A stretch of 64,000 bases of DNA from Callorhinchus milii (Eukaryota): positions 67,644,001 through 67,708,000 of the forward strand of contig NW_024704742.1 of NCBI RefSeq assembly GCF_018977255.1. Reading direction: 5' to 3'. The first letter of the stretch is position 1; the number at the start of each line of letters is the position of its first letter. A program made the translations under genes and the position numbers. Below are positions 25,632-39,659 of the stretch, piece by piece. The notes below the pieces were generated by a model, which searched no databases, was not told where the DNA came from, and worked only from the letters and a program-made list of their open reading frames with translations.

Positions 25632-26544
25632 TGTATGATTATATTTGTGATGCTTACTGTTTTTAAAATTTTTGATTAGTATACTTTTAAAATATAACCA
25701 AACACCTATAATCTGTTTAGTATAGTATTCCTTAGCTATTAGGGCATAGATAAGGGTGTGTGTTTTTAAACGACTAACTTAGGGCCCCTGAGAGGGTACA
25801 TGTGCAAATTAGTGTGAGCAAAGGTAAGGATATATTGGCTTGATCCCAGCTGAGGTCAGGTTTTGATAACTTTCCCTCGCTCATGTCTGGGTCCATTGTC
25901 ATCCTCCATCAAAGAATTGAGTAATTATGTCCTTGAGCACAGATGTGAAAACGAGACTCAGAGAGAGAAGCACATTCCTGGAAATCTTATTAGTTCAACA
26001 CTAAGAAACAGGAAAAGAATCCTCCCAATTGCTGTGCCTATCAGTTTCTCCTTAGCAGTTATTTTCCCATGAGAAAAGAGCCTGCTCAAAGTTTGCTAAC
26101 AGCCTGCGAAGGGTTGCTATCGCTGTGATAAGGGGAAGTGGAGTTAGAAACACATAAAAGATGTAACTTTGAAATAGTTGGAATTGTGTAGAGGTTCAGA
26201 GCACTTCCCAGTGGAATCGATATTGATTCTGCTGTATCTTTGTATATGTAGAGGGGTGAGGGAATTTACGTCTAGTAAGAACGTGACTATTAAAAGTGAA
26301 AGAGGAGTAGTGAGGTCCATAAGGAAAGAGGAGCTTTCTGCAGTTGGAGTGGAAGAGAATTGTGGGAGTTCCAGGAGCTGTGTCACTTCCCAGAGTCAAA
26401 TCGGGTATATGATTTTGATTCTGTCTGTTGCCTAGCATATCTGTATAAGGGATATAGTGCAGCTGATTTGTTTGCTTGAACTGTAATAAAACCTATATTT
26501 GAAAGTAACTCGAAAGTAAAGTGATGTCAGGTAAATTTGTCTAG
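25632..26544 (+). mobile_element. Probable solo LTR (913 bp) inserted in CR1
   Basis: Starts TGTATG; 5-bp TSD CCTCT (25627-25631, 26545-26549); AATAAA 26485-26490; CR1 resumes exactly; 3' end lacks canonical CA. Confidence 0.7.
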
Positions 26545-26602
26545 CCTCTGCCTCCACAAGACGATTTCTTCTTTGGTCCCTAATTGGACCCACCCTAACG
26601 TT

Positions 26603-27713
26603 TGTTAGATTATAGAAGTTGTAGTCTAATAATAATAAACATTAAACAAATGTAGAATGGAGAAAGTACTGACAGTCATGGGATAGAACACATCTGATTT
26701 TCTCTGTTTCTGAAAGAATAACAAGACAGCTTTGGAAAAGGGCAGGGGCTCCTCTTATTGGTAAATAACAACAAGCCCACAGGGTAATGGTCCAAGGTAC
26801 CGGTCGACACAGGATCTCGACTTAGCAATAAGTCACTAGATTCTGACAGGGCTGCCAAGCGACTGAAGGCAACCCTCAAGAATAGAAACTAATGAGAAAG
26901 TTGTTTAAACTAGAGACCTTCGGTATCATCCCGGGACAATGATAAGAAATAACCAGTCACTTAAAAGCAATGTACCAATGATCCCACATAACAAAATAAC
27001 AAACACCAGATACAGCCCTAAACCGATCCATCTCTTATCTTAGACAGGACAAAGGGAAGACCTCGTGGAAACTCAAGTCAGGCTCGCACCAAGCAGATGG
27101 TTAATTAACCTGAGTACGTGACTGTATCAGAAGTGGGTCCCTTACCCTTATCTGACTTTTAAGACCAGATAGCGGGGAATGAAAAAAACCAACATGCACT
27201 GATCATGTGCGCACATGACACTGGACAATGTGGTGTATACCTTGATTGGCTGCAATGGTGTATAAAGGTTATAGTGTAATAGGGCTAAGGTTAGTCGACT
27301 CCAGAGCAAGACTGCTGAGACTTCTTGACTTGAAAAGGAAGGACAAAGAAGAACAAAGGAAGGTGAAAGCGTGGAGCAGAGAAAACCGAAAGCTGGAAAC
27401 AAAGTGCTGATCTAAAGACTTGTTTGCAGAAAAGACAAAGTGCTGAATCAACAAAGTCCTGAATCAACGAAGTCCGGCAGTATTGCTCTGTTCTGAATAG
27501 CTAGTTTTAGTTGTGTAGTCTTTTTATATTATTGTATGGTTTCCTATTTTATACCTTTTATACCCCATATGTGTACTCATAATTGCTATGTAATAAAGCA
27601 TTAATGGATTTAGACAATAAACTTGATGTATTCAACCAATACGGTATATTGAGATCGAACCTTATTCATTTAATCTGGTAACCGGTTGCAAACGGAGACC
27701 CGATTTTCTAACA
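26603..27713 (+). mobile_element. Solo LTR (1111 bp)
   Basis: TGTTAGA...TCTAACA inverted termini; TSD CGTT/CTTT; ATTGG 27245, TATAAA 27261, AATAAA 27592. Confidence 0.88.
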
Positions 27714-28361
27714 CTTTGACTAACCTTTTATTCTTTAAATGCTTATAAAATAATTTAGGGGTCCCTTTTATGTTACCTGCTAATCTTTTCTCATACAATC
27801 TGTTTGCCTGTCTTATTTCCTATTTTGGTTCTCCTCTGTAGTTTCTATATTCTATTTGTTTATCTTCTGTACTTTTGACCTGACATTTATCATAAAGCTG
27901 TTTTTCCTGTTTTATTTTAATCCCAATTTCCTTATTCATCCACGGAGGTTTGGATGCCTTACCTTTCCCCTTTGTGGGAAGGTATTTGTTCTGTCCCCAA
28001 ATTATCTCCTGCTTCCCATTACTCGTTAGCTGTTTTACCTGCCAATCTTTCTTTCAAGTCCACCTTGGCTGGGTCCCTTTTTTAACTCACTGAAGTTAAC
28101 CCTCTCCCAGTTAAGTATCTTCACCTTTGATTGTTCCTTGTCCCTTTCCATAAGTACTCTAAACCTAATGATGTTGTGGTCCCTGTTGTCCACATGCTCT
28201 CCTACTGAAACCTGTGCCACTTCATTCCCCAGAACTAGATCCAGCGCTGCTTCCTTCCTCATTGGGCTGGAAACATACTAATCCAGAAAGTTATCCTGCA
28301 CACATTTCAGGAATCCTTCCCCCTCCTTGCCCGTTATATTGTTATTTTGTCAGTCTGTTAG

Positions 28362-28886
28362 TGTGGAAGGTGACACTAAATGTACCATCAGCCTACAAAG
28401 GTTATACAACCTTGATGACGTGCATGGTTGGTTCACGTGATAGATAATTGAAGCACCTACACAGTGTTGCCACGTAGCCTTTACAGTGGTCTTTCTCAAG
28501 GTCTTTTCACAAAGTCTCAGACATTCCAACCTTTTCTCAGACTAGAAGAGATGATTGCTTAAAACCAGATGGTTCCACTCTTCAGGGTCAGGTAAGATCA
28601 CATGACTCTGATATGAGTGTGTGAAACTATAGCAGACAAAGGAAAACTGTTCATTGTTGATTGGATGTAAAAATGCTGCAGAATTGTCATGGGTTATAGT
28701 AAGGAATTATAATTATTGGTTGTAAAATGCCGCAGTGTGATAAGAAAAAGAATATAAACCTTTGTTTTTATACATTCTTTGGAAGTACCATCTCAGGTGA
28801 CTTGGGAACCTACCGGTAAGCTTATAATAAAGCCTGTACTGATTACTGTTCATTGTTTGTGTGGTCTATGGTTTCGTTCCACAACA
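28362..28886 (+). mobile_element. Solo LTR (525 bp)
   Basis: TGTGGAA...TTCCACA(ACA); TSD TTAG (28358-28361, 28887-28890); AATAAA 28826-28831. Confidence 0.85.
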
Positions 28887-30319
28887 TTAGGATAATTGAA
28901 GTTCCCCATTATCACTACTCTATTAGTTTTATACAGTCAATTCCCTTTATAGTGTATCCTGTGAAGCGCTTTGAGACATCTCGAAGACGTGATAAGGCAC
29001 TGTATCAAATGCAAGGATTATTATTATTATTATTTGCATCTTTCTGAAATCTGCTTGCAGATTTGCTCGTCTATCTCCTTCCCACTATTTGGTGGTCTAC
29101 AGTCTATACCTAACAGAGTAACAGCTCCTTAACTCTAACCAAATAGATTCTGTTTTTGGACCCTCTAGCACATCGTCCCTTTCCAGGGCCGTAACATTGT
29201 CTTTAATATTGCCACCGCCCCTTCTTTTTTTTCTTCCCTATCCCTCCTGAATACATTGTAGCCAGGAATATTCAGCTCTCATTCCTGTCCTTGTTTGAGC
29301 CAGGTCTCCATTATTGGTCTCCGTGATGCCACATCATAACCCCATATGGCAACTTCAGGCTGCAGCTCACCTATCTTATTTGTCACACTCCATGCATTTA
29401 CGCACATGCACTCCAAGGCTGACTGAGTCTGCTCTGCATTTCTCCCCTGTCTAATCCCTCCTTTTTCTGAACTACTCATTACATTGTATTTATCTCTCCC
29501 AGCCCTCTATGTAACTTGTTTGTCCTCTCTACTGCTACATCTCCCCTCGAAATTAGTTTAAACCCTTTCCCACAGTACTAGTTAACCTCCCTGCAAGGAC
29601 ATTGGTCCCAGTACTGTTCAAGTGTAACCCATCCACCTTGTACAGGTCCCACCTACCCCAGAAGTGGTCCCAATGATCCAGGAACCTGAAGCCCCCTTTC
29701 TGCACCATTTCTCCAGTCATGCATTCATGTATTTGATCCTGCTGTTTTGATATTCATTTGCACAAGGCACTGGGAGTAATCCAGAGACCACTACCTTTGC
29801 GGTCCTACTCTTCAGCTTTTTCCCTAGCTTCTGATACTCTCCCTGCAGGATCTCAGCCTTTTTTTCCATATGTTATGGATCCCAACGTGGACCACGACTT
29901 ATGGATGTTCCCCTTTCTCCTGTAGAATGTTTTGCACCCGTTCAGTGATGTCTTCAACCCTGGCACTGGGGAGGCAACATACCATGGAGATTCACAACTT
30001 TGGTTGCAGAAACACCTGTCTACTCCTTTCACCATTATGTCCCCAATAACAATTGCAGTGACACTCTTCCCTCTGTACTCCATTTGCTTTTGACTCTCCT
30101 CCCCAGAGGTGTCATCACCCTGACCAGTATTCAGTACAGAGAACCAGTTTATGAGTGCCACACACTCAGAGGATTTCTGCACTGCCCATCCCCTCTTCCT
30201 ACCATGCCAGGTGGTCATCTACTCACTCTCCTGAAAACCTGTGTGGCTGTGGAGTGATCATCTCCTGAAATGTTCGTTCCATGAACTCTTCAGCCTCCCT
30301 TATGCTATGCAGCCTCCCT

Positions 30320-30602
30320 TATGCTTCAGCCTCTCAGCCCCTAGGCTCTGGAACTCCATCCCCCAATGCCTTTGCCTTGCTTCCTCCCTTTCCTCCTTCA
30401 AGCCCGGTCTCAAGACCTTTCTCTTTGACCGTGCCTTCAGCTCCCCTCTCGACTCTCTTCCCCCTCCTCGCTCCCTCCCTCCACCCCCACTCACCCTGAC
30501 CATTTCTCCCCTGCTCGGGTCCCGACCCAACTGTCCAGCGCCTTGGGACGTCCTCCCGACGTGAAAGGCGCTCTTATAAATGGAATCTTGCTGTTGTTGT
30601 TG
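30320..30602 (+). mobile_element. L2 3' end
   Basis: APRLWNSIP...SFKPGLKTFLF; hairpin 30537-30572; (TTG)n tail. Confidence 0.9.
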
Positions 30603-30604
30603 TA

Positions 30605-31756
30605 GTGGCATTTGATAAGGTCCACACAAAAGATTATTAGCAAAAATGGAAGTACATGGAGTCAGAGGTAACCTTGTGATGTGGCTTTGTAATTGGTTAG
30701 GAAACAGGGAGTAGGGATGAAGGGAATGTTCTCTAATTGGTGGGATGTGACAAGTGGTGTCCCCCCGGGGTCTGTAACAGGGACCTCAGCTATTCGCCAT
30801 ATATATAAATGACTTGGATGAAGGACTAGAAAATTTTGTATCCAAATTTGCGGACAATACTAAGCTAGGAGGCTCAGTAAGTATGCGTAGATAGAAATAA
30901 GAAGTTACAAAGGGATTTAGATAGATTAAATGAGTGGACAAAGCTGTGGCAGATGGAGTTCAATATAGGGAAGTGTGCGGTTATCCACTATAGATCGAAA
31001 AAAGATAAAGCAGAATATTTTCTTAATGGGGAGAAACTAAGAACTGTGGTGGAGCAAAGGGATTTGGGTGTCCAGATCCACAAATCACTAAAAACTAGTT
31101 CCCAGGTGCAAAAAGTAATCAAAAAGGCGAATGGAATGTTGGCTTTTATCTCAAGAGGTCTGGAATACAAAGGGGAAGAAATGAAACTGTATAGAGCATT
31201 AGTCAGATCCCATCTGGAGACTGCGTTCAGTTTTGGGCACCACTTCAGGAAAGTGGCTCTGGAGGGGGTGCAGCGCAGGCTCACTGGGATGTTACCAGGC
31301 CTTAAAGGGTTAAGTTACGAGGAAAGGCTGCGTAAACTTAGATTTTATTTCCTTGAGTTTAGAAGGTTGAGGGGTGATTTGATTGAGGTGTTTAAGGGAT
31401 TTGATAGGGTAGATACAGAGAAGCTATTTCCTCTGGTGGGAGAATCCAAAACAAGGGGCATAGTCTTAAAATTAGAACCAGGCCATTTAAGAGTGAAATC
31501 AGGAAGCATTTTTTCACTCAAATTATGATAGAAATTTGGAATTCTCTTCCACCAAAAGGCTGTGGATGCTGGATCCATCCACATCTTCAGAAGTGAGGTT
31601 GATAGATTTTTGGTAGGTCAGGGTATCAAGGGATATGGGGAAAAAGCAGGAAATTGGAATTGACAGGATTAGTTGAGGTACAGATCAGCCATGATCTAAT
31701 TGAATAGTGGAACAGGTTCGAAGGGCTGAAATGGCCTACTTCTGTTCCTATGTTCC
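30605..31756 (+). mobile_element. CR1 LINE 3' portion (second subfamily, CCTATGTT tail)
   Basis: [17 protein letters not shown] 30953..31528. Confidence 0.93.
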
Positions 31757-31759
31757 TTC

Positions 31760-34200
31760 CTACAATGTATTCAGGAGGGATAGGGAATGAAAAAAAGGAG
31801 AGGGGTGGGTGGGTGAGGGTCAGTATTGATTAAAGACATGATTACAGCAGCCCTGGAAAGGAATGATGTGCTAGAGGGTTCAAAAACAGAATATTTGGTT
31901 GGGGTTAATAAGCAGAAAAGGAGCTATTACGCTGTGAGGTGTATATTACAGACCACTAGTTAGTGGGAAGTGGATAGAGGAGCAAATCTGTAAGGAAGAT
32001 GGGGACTTCAATTATCCTAACATAGACGGGCAAACTAACAGCGTAAAGGGTACGGAGAGGGAAGAATTCCTGAAACATGTGCAGGAAAACTTTCTTGATC
32101 AGTATGTTTCCAGACAACGAGGAAGGAAGCAGTGCTGGATTTTATTGTGGGGAATGAAGTGGGGCAAGTGGATCAGGTTTCAGTAGAAGAGCATCGGGAT
32201 AATCGTGATCACAACATCATTAGGTTTAGAGTACTTATGGAAAGGGACAAGGAGTAATCAAAGTGGAAATATTCTTGTGGTGGCAAAGGGCATGGCTGAC
32301 GTACTGAATGAGTACTCTGCATTTGTCTTCACAAAAAAGATGCAGTCAGTGCCACAATATCGGAGGAGAGGGTAGAGAAATTGGATAAGATTAAAAAAAA
32401 CAGAAAGGAGGTACTAAAAAAGTTGACGGTGCTCAAGATAGATAAGTCACCCGGTCCGGATGGGATGCATCCTAGGTTACTAAGGGAAGTAAAGGTGGAA
32501 ATAATGGAGGCTCTGGCCACAATCTTTCAGTCCTCCTTGGACACCAGACTGGTGCCAGAGGACTGGAGGGTTGCAAATAATAATAATAATAATCCTTGCA
32601 TTTGATAGCGCTTTTCACGTCGGGAGGACGTCCCAAAGCGCTTCACAGAACACACTGTAAGGTGAGTTGACTGTATATTTGTGGGCAAACGCGGCAGCCA
32701 ATTGCGCACAGTAATGTCCCACAAACAGTCGTAGATTGAAAATGACCAATTTATTATTGTTTTTGGTTTTGGAGGGATTATTATTAGGCGTGTGGAGTAA
32801 GGAAACTTGCCCAAGGTTTCGCCCTGCCTGGAATTGAACTCAGGACTCTCGCTTGCAAAGCGAGTGCTCTAACCACTGAGCTACAGGACTCCACAAATGT
32901 TACTCCCCTGTACAAAAAGCAGGGAAGGAAAAATCCAGGAATTACAGGCTGGTCAGCCTGTAATAATACTGTAATCAGTAGTGTGGAAACTTCTAGAGAC
33001 AATTATCTGGGACAAAATAAATTTTCACATAGAAAAATATGGGTTAGAAAAGGACAGCCAACACGGATTTGTTAAAGGCAAATCATGTCTAACAAACTTG
33101 ATCGAGTTTTTTGATGAAGTAACAGAGAGGGTGGATGAAGGTAGTGCAGTTGAGATGTAGTATATATGGATTTTCAAAAGGCTTTTGATAAAGTGCCACG
33201 TAATAGACTTTTTAGAAAATTGTAAGCCCCCGGTATTAAAGGGAAAGTGGCAGGATGGATACAAAATTGGCTGGGAGACAGAAAGCAGAGAGTAGTGGTG
33301 AACGATTGTTTTTCTGACTGGAGGGAAGTATACTGTTGTGTCCCTCAGGTATTGGGAACACTGCTCTTTTTTATCTATACAAATGACCTGGACTTGGGTA
33401 TAGGGAGCACAATTTCCAAGTTTGCAGATAATACAAAGCTAGGAAAGGTAGTAAACAGTGAGGAGGATAGTTAGCAGACTGCAAGAGAATGTAGACAAAC
33501 TGGTAAAATGGGCAGACACATGGCAGATGAAATTTAATGAGGAGAAATATGAAGTGATGGATTTTGGGAGGAAGAATGAGGAGAGGCAATATAAGCTAGA
33601 TGGTAAAATATGCTGGAATAGAGAGACCTGCGGGTCCACATAAGCAAATTTTTGAAGGGGGTAGGACACATAGATAAAGTTGTTAAAAAACAAACGGGAT
33701 ACTCGGCTTTATAAATAGGGGGATAGAATACAAAAGTAAGGAGGTTATGATGAACCTTTATAAAACACTGGTTAGGTGTCACCTAGAGTACTGTGTTCAA
33801 TTCTGGGCACCACACTTTAGGAAGGATATCAAGGCCTTGGAGAGGGTACAAAGGAGATTTACTAGGATGGTACCAGAAATGAGGGACTTTAGTTATCAGG
33901 AGAGGCTAGAGAAGTTAGGATTATTCTCCTTGGAGCAGAGAAGATTAAGGGGAGATTTAATAGAAGTGTTCAAAATTATGAGGGGATTCAAAAGGGTTAA
34001 CAGGGAGAAACTGTTTCCACTGGCAGGTGGGTTGGTAACCAGAGGACATCGATTTAAAATAGTTGCCAAAAGAACCAGATGGGAGGTGAGGAGAAATGTT
34101 TTCACATAATTGTTCGGTTCTGGAATGTATTGCCTGAAAGGAGAGAGGAAGCCGATTCGATAAGAACTTTCAAGAGAAGTAGATAGATATTGGAGAGAGA
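31760..34200 (+). mobile_element. CR1 LINE ORF2 with internal deletions
   Basis: KSPGPDGMHPRLL, FDEVTE, HLEYCVQFWAPH motifs. Confidence 0.92.
32579..32894 (-). mobile_element. Young tRNA-SINE inserted in CR1
   Basis: Full-length copy; host sequence GTTGCAAAT|...|AAATGTTACT (short AAAT duplication). Confidence 0.95.
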
Positions 34201-34499
34201 GCGGGCAAGATAGCAGGATAGCAGAATGGCCAGATAGATGGGAAATGAAGTTTAACATAGGAACATGAGAAGTAGTTCACTTTAGCAGAAAAATAAAAGA
34301 AGCCAATAAAAAAAACGCAAAATACTACAGATGCCGGGAAGCTGAAACAAAAACAGAAATGTAAGTAAAATAGAAAACTGCTGAGTGTTCCCAGCTTCTG
34401 CTATTTTTGTAAAATAAGCTATACGTAGCCTAGATGGCAAGAACCTAAGAGGAGTAGGGAAGAGAAAGAATAGAGAAGTAGAGACCGCCAAACAGCAGT

Positions 34500-35712
34500 T
34501 ACAGGCAAGGTATTAAGGAGCATGTAGCAAAGGTAATACACTAATAGTGGTTGAGTTCAATCTTCATATAGACTGGGAAAACCAAATTGGCAAAAGTAAA
34601 TTAGAGGATGAGTTTTTAGAATGCGTTAGAGATAGACTTCCAGAACAATATGCTAAGGAATCAACCAGGGAACACGCTATCATAGATCTTGTTTTGTGTA
34701 ATGAAATAGGGCTAATCAGCAATCTGGAAATTAAGGCTCCTCTAGGGCAGAGACTATAACATGATGGAATTTAGCATTAAGTTAGAGAGTGATATAGTTG
34801 AATCTGAAGAAAGGATCTTAAATTTAAATAAAGCCAACTTCGCAGGTAATGAGAGATTTGGCTAAAATAGACTGGAAAATTAGATTAAAAATATGACGGT
34901 AGACCAGCAATGGCAAACATTTAAAGATATAATACATAATTCCCAGCTGTCACATATTCCCTTGAAAAATAAAGATACCACAGGAAAAGTGGTTCAACCT
35001 TGGCTAACTAGAGAAGTTAGGGAGAGTGTAAAATTAAAAGAAGAGGCCTATAATACTGCCAAAAAGAGCAGTAAACCTGAGGATTGGGAGGGCTTTAGAG
35101 AACATCAAAGGAAACCCAAGAAACTGATTAAGAGGGAGAAAATGGAGTATGAGGGTAAACTAGCTAGGAACATAAGACAGATTGTAAGAGCTTTTACAAG
35201 TACATAAAGAGGAAAAGACTCAAAAGTGAATGTGGATCCATTGCAAGTAGAGACAGGAAATTATAATGGGGAATAAAGAAATGGCAGAGCCATTAAACAG
35301 ATATTTTGCTTCTGTCTTCACATTAGAGGACACTGAAAACTTATTGAAAATAGGGGGGAACCTGGAGGTTAATGTTAGTGAGGAGCTTAAAGAAATGAAC
35401 ATCAGTAAAGCAATAGTACTAGAAAGATTGATAGGAATAAAAAACGACAAATCCCTTGGATCTGATGGCCTGCACCCTAGGGTTTTAAAATAGGTGACTG
35501 CAGAGATAGTGGATGCTTTGTTTTTGATATTCCAAAATTCCCTGGATTCTGGAATGGTTCCCATTGATTGGAAGGTCGCAAACATAACGCCGATATTTAA
35601 GGGTGGGAGACAAAAAATGGGGAACTATAGACCAGTTAGTCTGACATCGGTGGTAGGGGAAATTCTAGAGTCCTTAATTAGGGACGTCGTTGCGGGGTAC
35701 TTTAGAAAATTT
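34500..35712 (+). mobile_element. CR1 LINE ORF2 fragment (APE end to pre-RT)
   Basis: IDLVLCNE, QPWLTREV, YFASVFT, NYRPVSLTSVVG. Confidence 0.9.
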
Positions 35713-37462
35713 AAATTGATTCTGTCTATATTCAATAAATCTGTTACACTTTAGATTGTTGGATCATGTTTCGAACTCAGAGATCAGAAATCCCAACAAC
35801 CTCCAGATCACAGAAAACTCTGAAATGCGTTGCAATGTTTCAACATAAGGAAGACTTGCACATCATAAAGTGGTTTGGCAAGTTTGGAAATGATGCATTA
35901 TTAATTTATTCAACCCACGCGTCCTATGACTCAGCCCCCTCTCCAGATTGAATCAGAGATTGTTGATCAACAGTAATAACTGAAGACAATATTCAGCTTT
36001 ATCAATTATAAACAAATACACAGTCACTCCACTTCACAGCAATTCATGTGAAGCGCTTTGGAGAAGTCTTTCCAATGTGATAATCCTTGCATTGGTATAG
36101 TTCCTTATCACATCACTGAGACAGCTCAAAGCATTTCACAGAATAGGCTTTATCATAATAATCCTTGCATTTCATATAGCACCTTTATTATGTATATTCT
36201 GTGAAATGCTTTGCGATGTCTCAATGATGTGTAAAGCCACTATATCCAAGGCACTGAAGTATGTCGTCCTAGTGTGAAAGGCGCAATATAAATGTAAATT
36301 TGTATTGTCTATCAAATGCAAGGATTATTTACTGTTTCATAACAACAGCGACTATATATATATATATATATAACACTAATGTGATGAGGCACTGCATCAG
36401 AGAGGACAGGATTCTGGGAGTCATTTAGAAAAACAGCTTAATGCCTTAATGGGAAGACAATAGCATGATCGGTTGGTATTTTGCCAGGATGAGCATAGGC
36501 ACACTTAGTCATTGTGCACTTATTGTGCTGAAGGGGGAATTTCCATAGCTCGGAAAGGGACAAAAGTGGGAGGGGGGGGCAGAAAGATGACAACTTTCAT
36601 TCAACGCTGAAGTTCCTGTAATAGTTATAACTCGATCAGCAAATGTTCCTCAAGCCCTTAGTTTAGAGACCTTAAAGAAATTGTGGTCTCTACTCACAAG
36701 ACCATATTAACTGACAGATAATAAAAATGGAAGGCAACTGGAGTCTTGAGATTGTCTCACATTCAAAGAAGAAAATTGTGCTTTCAGTTCCTTATTTAAA
36801 GAATAACAAACATTCATCTACAAAAAACAGTGCCTGCATTTCAACATAAAATGAGACGAGAGAAGCTGGGATTGTCCTCCTTAGAGCAGAGAAGGTTAAG
36901 GGGAGATTCAATAGAGATATTCAAAATTATGAGAGGTATGATGGAGTAAATACGGAGAATCTGTTTCCACTGGCAGAGGTCACTGCCTCTCCCCCCTTCC
37001 CCCCTGCTCGGGTCTTGACCCAACTGTCCAGCGCCTTGGGACGTCCTCCCGACGTGAAAGGCGCTCTGTAAATGGAATCGTGTTGTTGTTGTTGTCACAG
37101 ATTTAAGATAAATAGCAAAAGAACCAGAAGGGAGATGAGAATTTTTTTAACCTTATAATATTCCTTGCATTTGATATGGCTCCTTATCACATCATCCAGC
37201 TTGTTCAAAATATTCCACGTGATTCCACTGTGAAGTGCACAGACCGTGCATTTTTTGTAGACGAACAGGATCCAATCTGCAAACAGCAACTCTCCACATA
37301 CAGTTATGAGTGAATGACCAATTTTATTGGCGGCGGAGGAGTCACCGAGATTGTTGGCCAGGAATTTTATTGTTATAACACTGATTTGAATCAAGTGTTT
37401 CCCATGTTACTCTGCTGGGCAGAAACAAACCAGATCTATTAAACCCTTTACAACAGTGTCAC

Positions 37463-37468
37463 TTTATT
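37463..37468 (-). terminator. Probable POLR1A polyadenylation signal AATAAA
   Basis: AATAAA about 450 nt after the stop, followed downstream by GU-rich GTTTGTTTCTG. Confidence 0.6.
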
Positions 37469-37919
37469 CCAAGGCCACTATGCTTTTGGAAAAAATACAC
37501 ACATTAAAACACTCATCATAACGTTCAGAGACGTTCAGTGGAAACTTAAATAGGATTCCAGGCAGCTGCAAGTTTACTGCATCCCACGGACACTGTCTTT
37601 GGCTTGGTAGCAGTGTTGCAAATCAGGATGGAGAGGGGGAGGGGCTAATGGTGCCAGTGAACAGTCTCAGTCTCCAGCAGATCACAAAGTAACTCAGAAA
37701 AAGTCTCTGTTAGGCGAATGTTTGCCAAAAATAAACCATCATCATCATCCAGTGAAATTCCCTCCAGTGTAAGGAGAGTTTGTCTCTCTCCTTATTTTTC
37801 TCCACCTTCCTTCCTCTTCGGTACTTAGTTTATAGGTTATAAAACACAAGCACCACATTGACGTCCCTTGCTCTTAAATTGGCGTCAAACTTGAGATGCT
37901 CCCAAGGAAAAAGGGCTGA

Positions 37920-38020
37920 TTACTTCAGGGGTTGCTTGAGTTCAAACAGCCCAGTCCCCCCGCGGACCACCTTCCCTGCCACCAAGCAAGCCGACGGAGA
38001 CTTCAACTCATCCTGGATCC
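37920..38020 (-). CDS. POLR1A: POLR1A last coding exon (G)[32 protein letters not shown]
   Basis: Conserved RPA1 C-terminus; acceptor ttttcAG; TAA at 37922-37920; phase 1 matches the previous exon. Confidence 0.97.
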
Positions 38021-38539
38021 CTGAAAAGAGCAACAAACACATCAATACCAGCAACAACAACCTGCACTTAAATAATAATAATCCTTTCATTTGATATAGC
38101 GTCTTATCACATTATTGAGACATCCCAAAGTGCTTCACAGAACATACATTAAATTGAAGAAAACATTTTATGGAATTCTCTACCCCAGAAGGCTGTGGAT
38201 GCTCAGTTATTGAACATATTCAAGAATGAGATCGATGGATTTTTAAAAACTGAAGGGATTAAGGGATATGGGGAAAGGCCGGGTAAATGGAATTAGGTTA
38301 AATTCAGCCATGATCTTATTAAATGGCGGGGCAGGCTCGAGGGGCCGCATGGCCTACTCCTGCTCCTATTTCTTATGTTCTTATGAATTGACTGTATACT
38401 TTGTGGCCAAAACACAGCAGCCAATTGCACACAGCAGCATACCATAATTTGTGGATTATATATAATAATCCTTATATTTGATATAGTCTCAAAATATACT
38501 GCTTCACAGAATATTCTGTAAAGTGTAGTGACTGTATTT

Positions 38540-38925
38540 ATCAGATAAAATAATAAAGCATAAAGAAGACACCTCAAAGCACTTCACAGGATATACTGAA
38601 AGTACAGGAAATGTGTATATTTTGTAGGTGAACACAGCAGGAAATTTGTGCACAGCAAAGTCTAACAAATAGCCACAAAGTGTATCAGCAATTTTATGTG
38701 AGGGATTGTCAGCCAGGACACTGGTTGAAAATACATTTTCTATTTGAATAGACAGAGAGTGCCATGGGATTTTTGAACATCCACCTGAACAGATAGAATC
38801 TCGGTTTAAAATCTCATCCGAAGAATGGCACCTCCGCCAATGAAGTTCTACCCAAGACTCTTGTTGGCTTGAAGCCACGACCTTCTGACTCAGAGGTAGA
38901 GTTTACCAACTGAGCCAGACTGGCA
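38540..38925 (-). mobile_element. Older Deu-type tRNA-SINE (second family)
   Basis: Head CTGGCTCAGTTGGTA...CTCTGAGTCAGAAGGTCGTGG; also at 7374, 40435, 52088 and 60090. Confidence 0.8.
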
Positions 38926-39659
38926 CCAAGTTAAAGAGAGAAAAGTAAAAGAGAGAAAGATAGACACACATGCCCACAAAGGAAAATACATTTTTTAGAG
39001 AGATTCCAAGAGAGAGAGAAAAAGTGAGATAGACAAAGCAGTCAAACTCCCTCACGAGTAGAGGAAGATGAGAAAACAAACGGAGGAGGTGGGAGGGGGG
39101 AATTATTTCCCTCTGTGGATGCGTTTGTGTATCTGTGTCTCTGTCTTTCTCCCTTTCTCTCTCTCTTTTACTTTCTCCTTTTCTCTCTGTATTTGATAGA
39201 GCGAACTTCAGAAAGTTTTGTAGAAGAAAAAGCCGAGAACGCACATAACCATAACTTTCAGCCATTCTGCCCACACTCTCTGGAAATTCCATCCTGGAGT
39301 ACCTCCAACTTGTTACCTTTCTCCTCTTTCACTGCCCATCTTAAGTTGTACCTCTTTGACTGCACTTTCGGTCATCTTTCCTCTCCTTAACATCTTCGGT
39401 TCCCACCCCGCAGCTCAGATACCAAGCAGTGTCAATTGCTTTAAGACATCTGAGATGAAAGGTACTGTATACATGTAAATTATACTGTCTTGTATGACCT
39501 GGATAAACCAATATTTAATAGCTTCAGGTCAGTGAATTTAGTGGAAACTCTTTCACAACTCAAATTTCCCAACGCATAACAGCAAATGTCCACTGAGTGC
39601 CGGTCAGTCCCTGTCAGTCCCTCAACAACTCACTTGTTTTACACTAGAATACATCAGAT

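Larger units (their letters stand above)
23845..30310 (-). mobile_element. Near-full-length decayed CR1 LINE (ORF1 esterase, APE, RT, tail) interrupted by three LTRs, a SINE and an L2 tail
   Basis: Tail (TATAATTC)n at 23845; KFADDTKL, QKAFDKVPH, KSPGPDG, CMCVNAWS; ORF1 IVIGD; colinear with the CR1 at 41344-45174. Confidence 0.93.
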
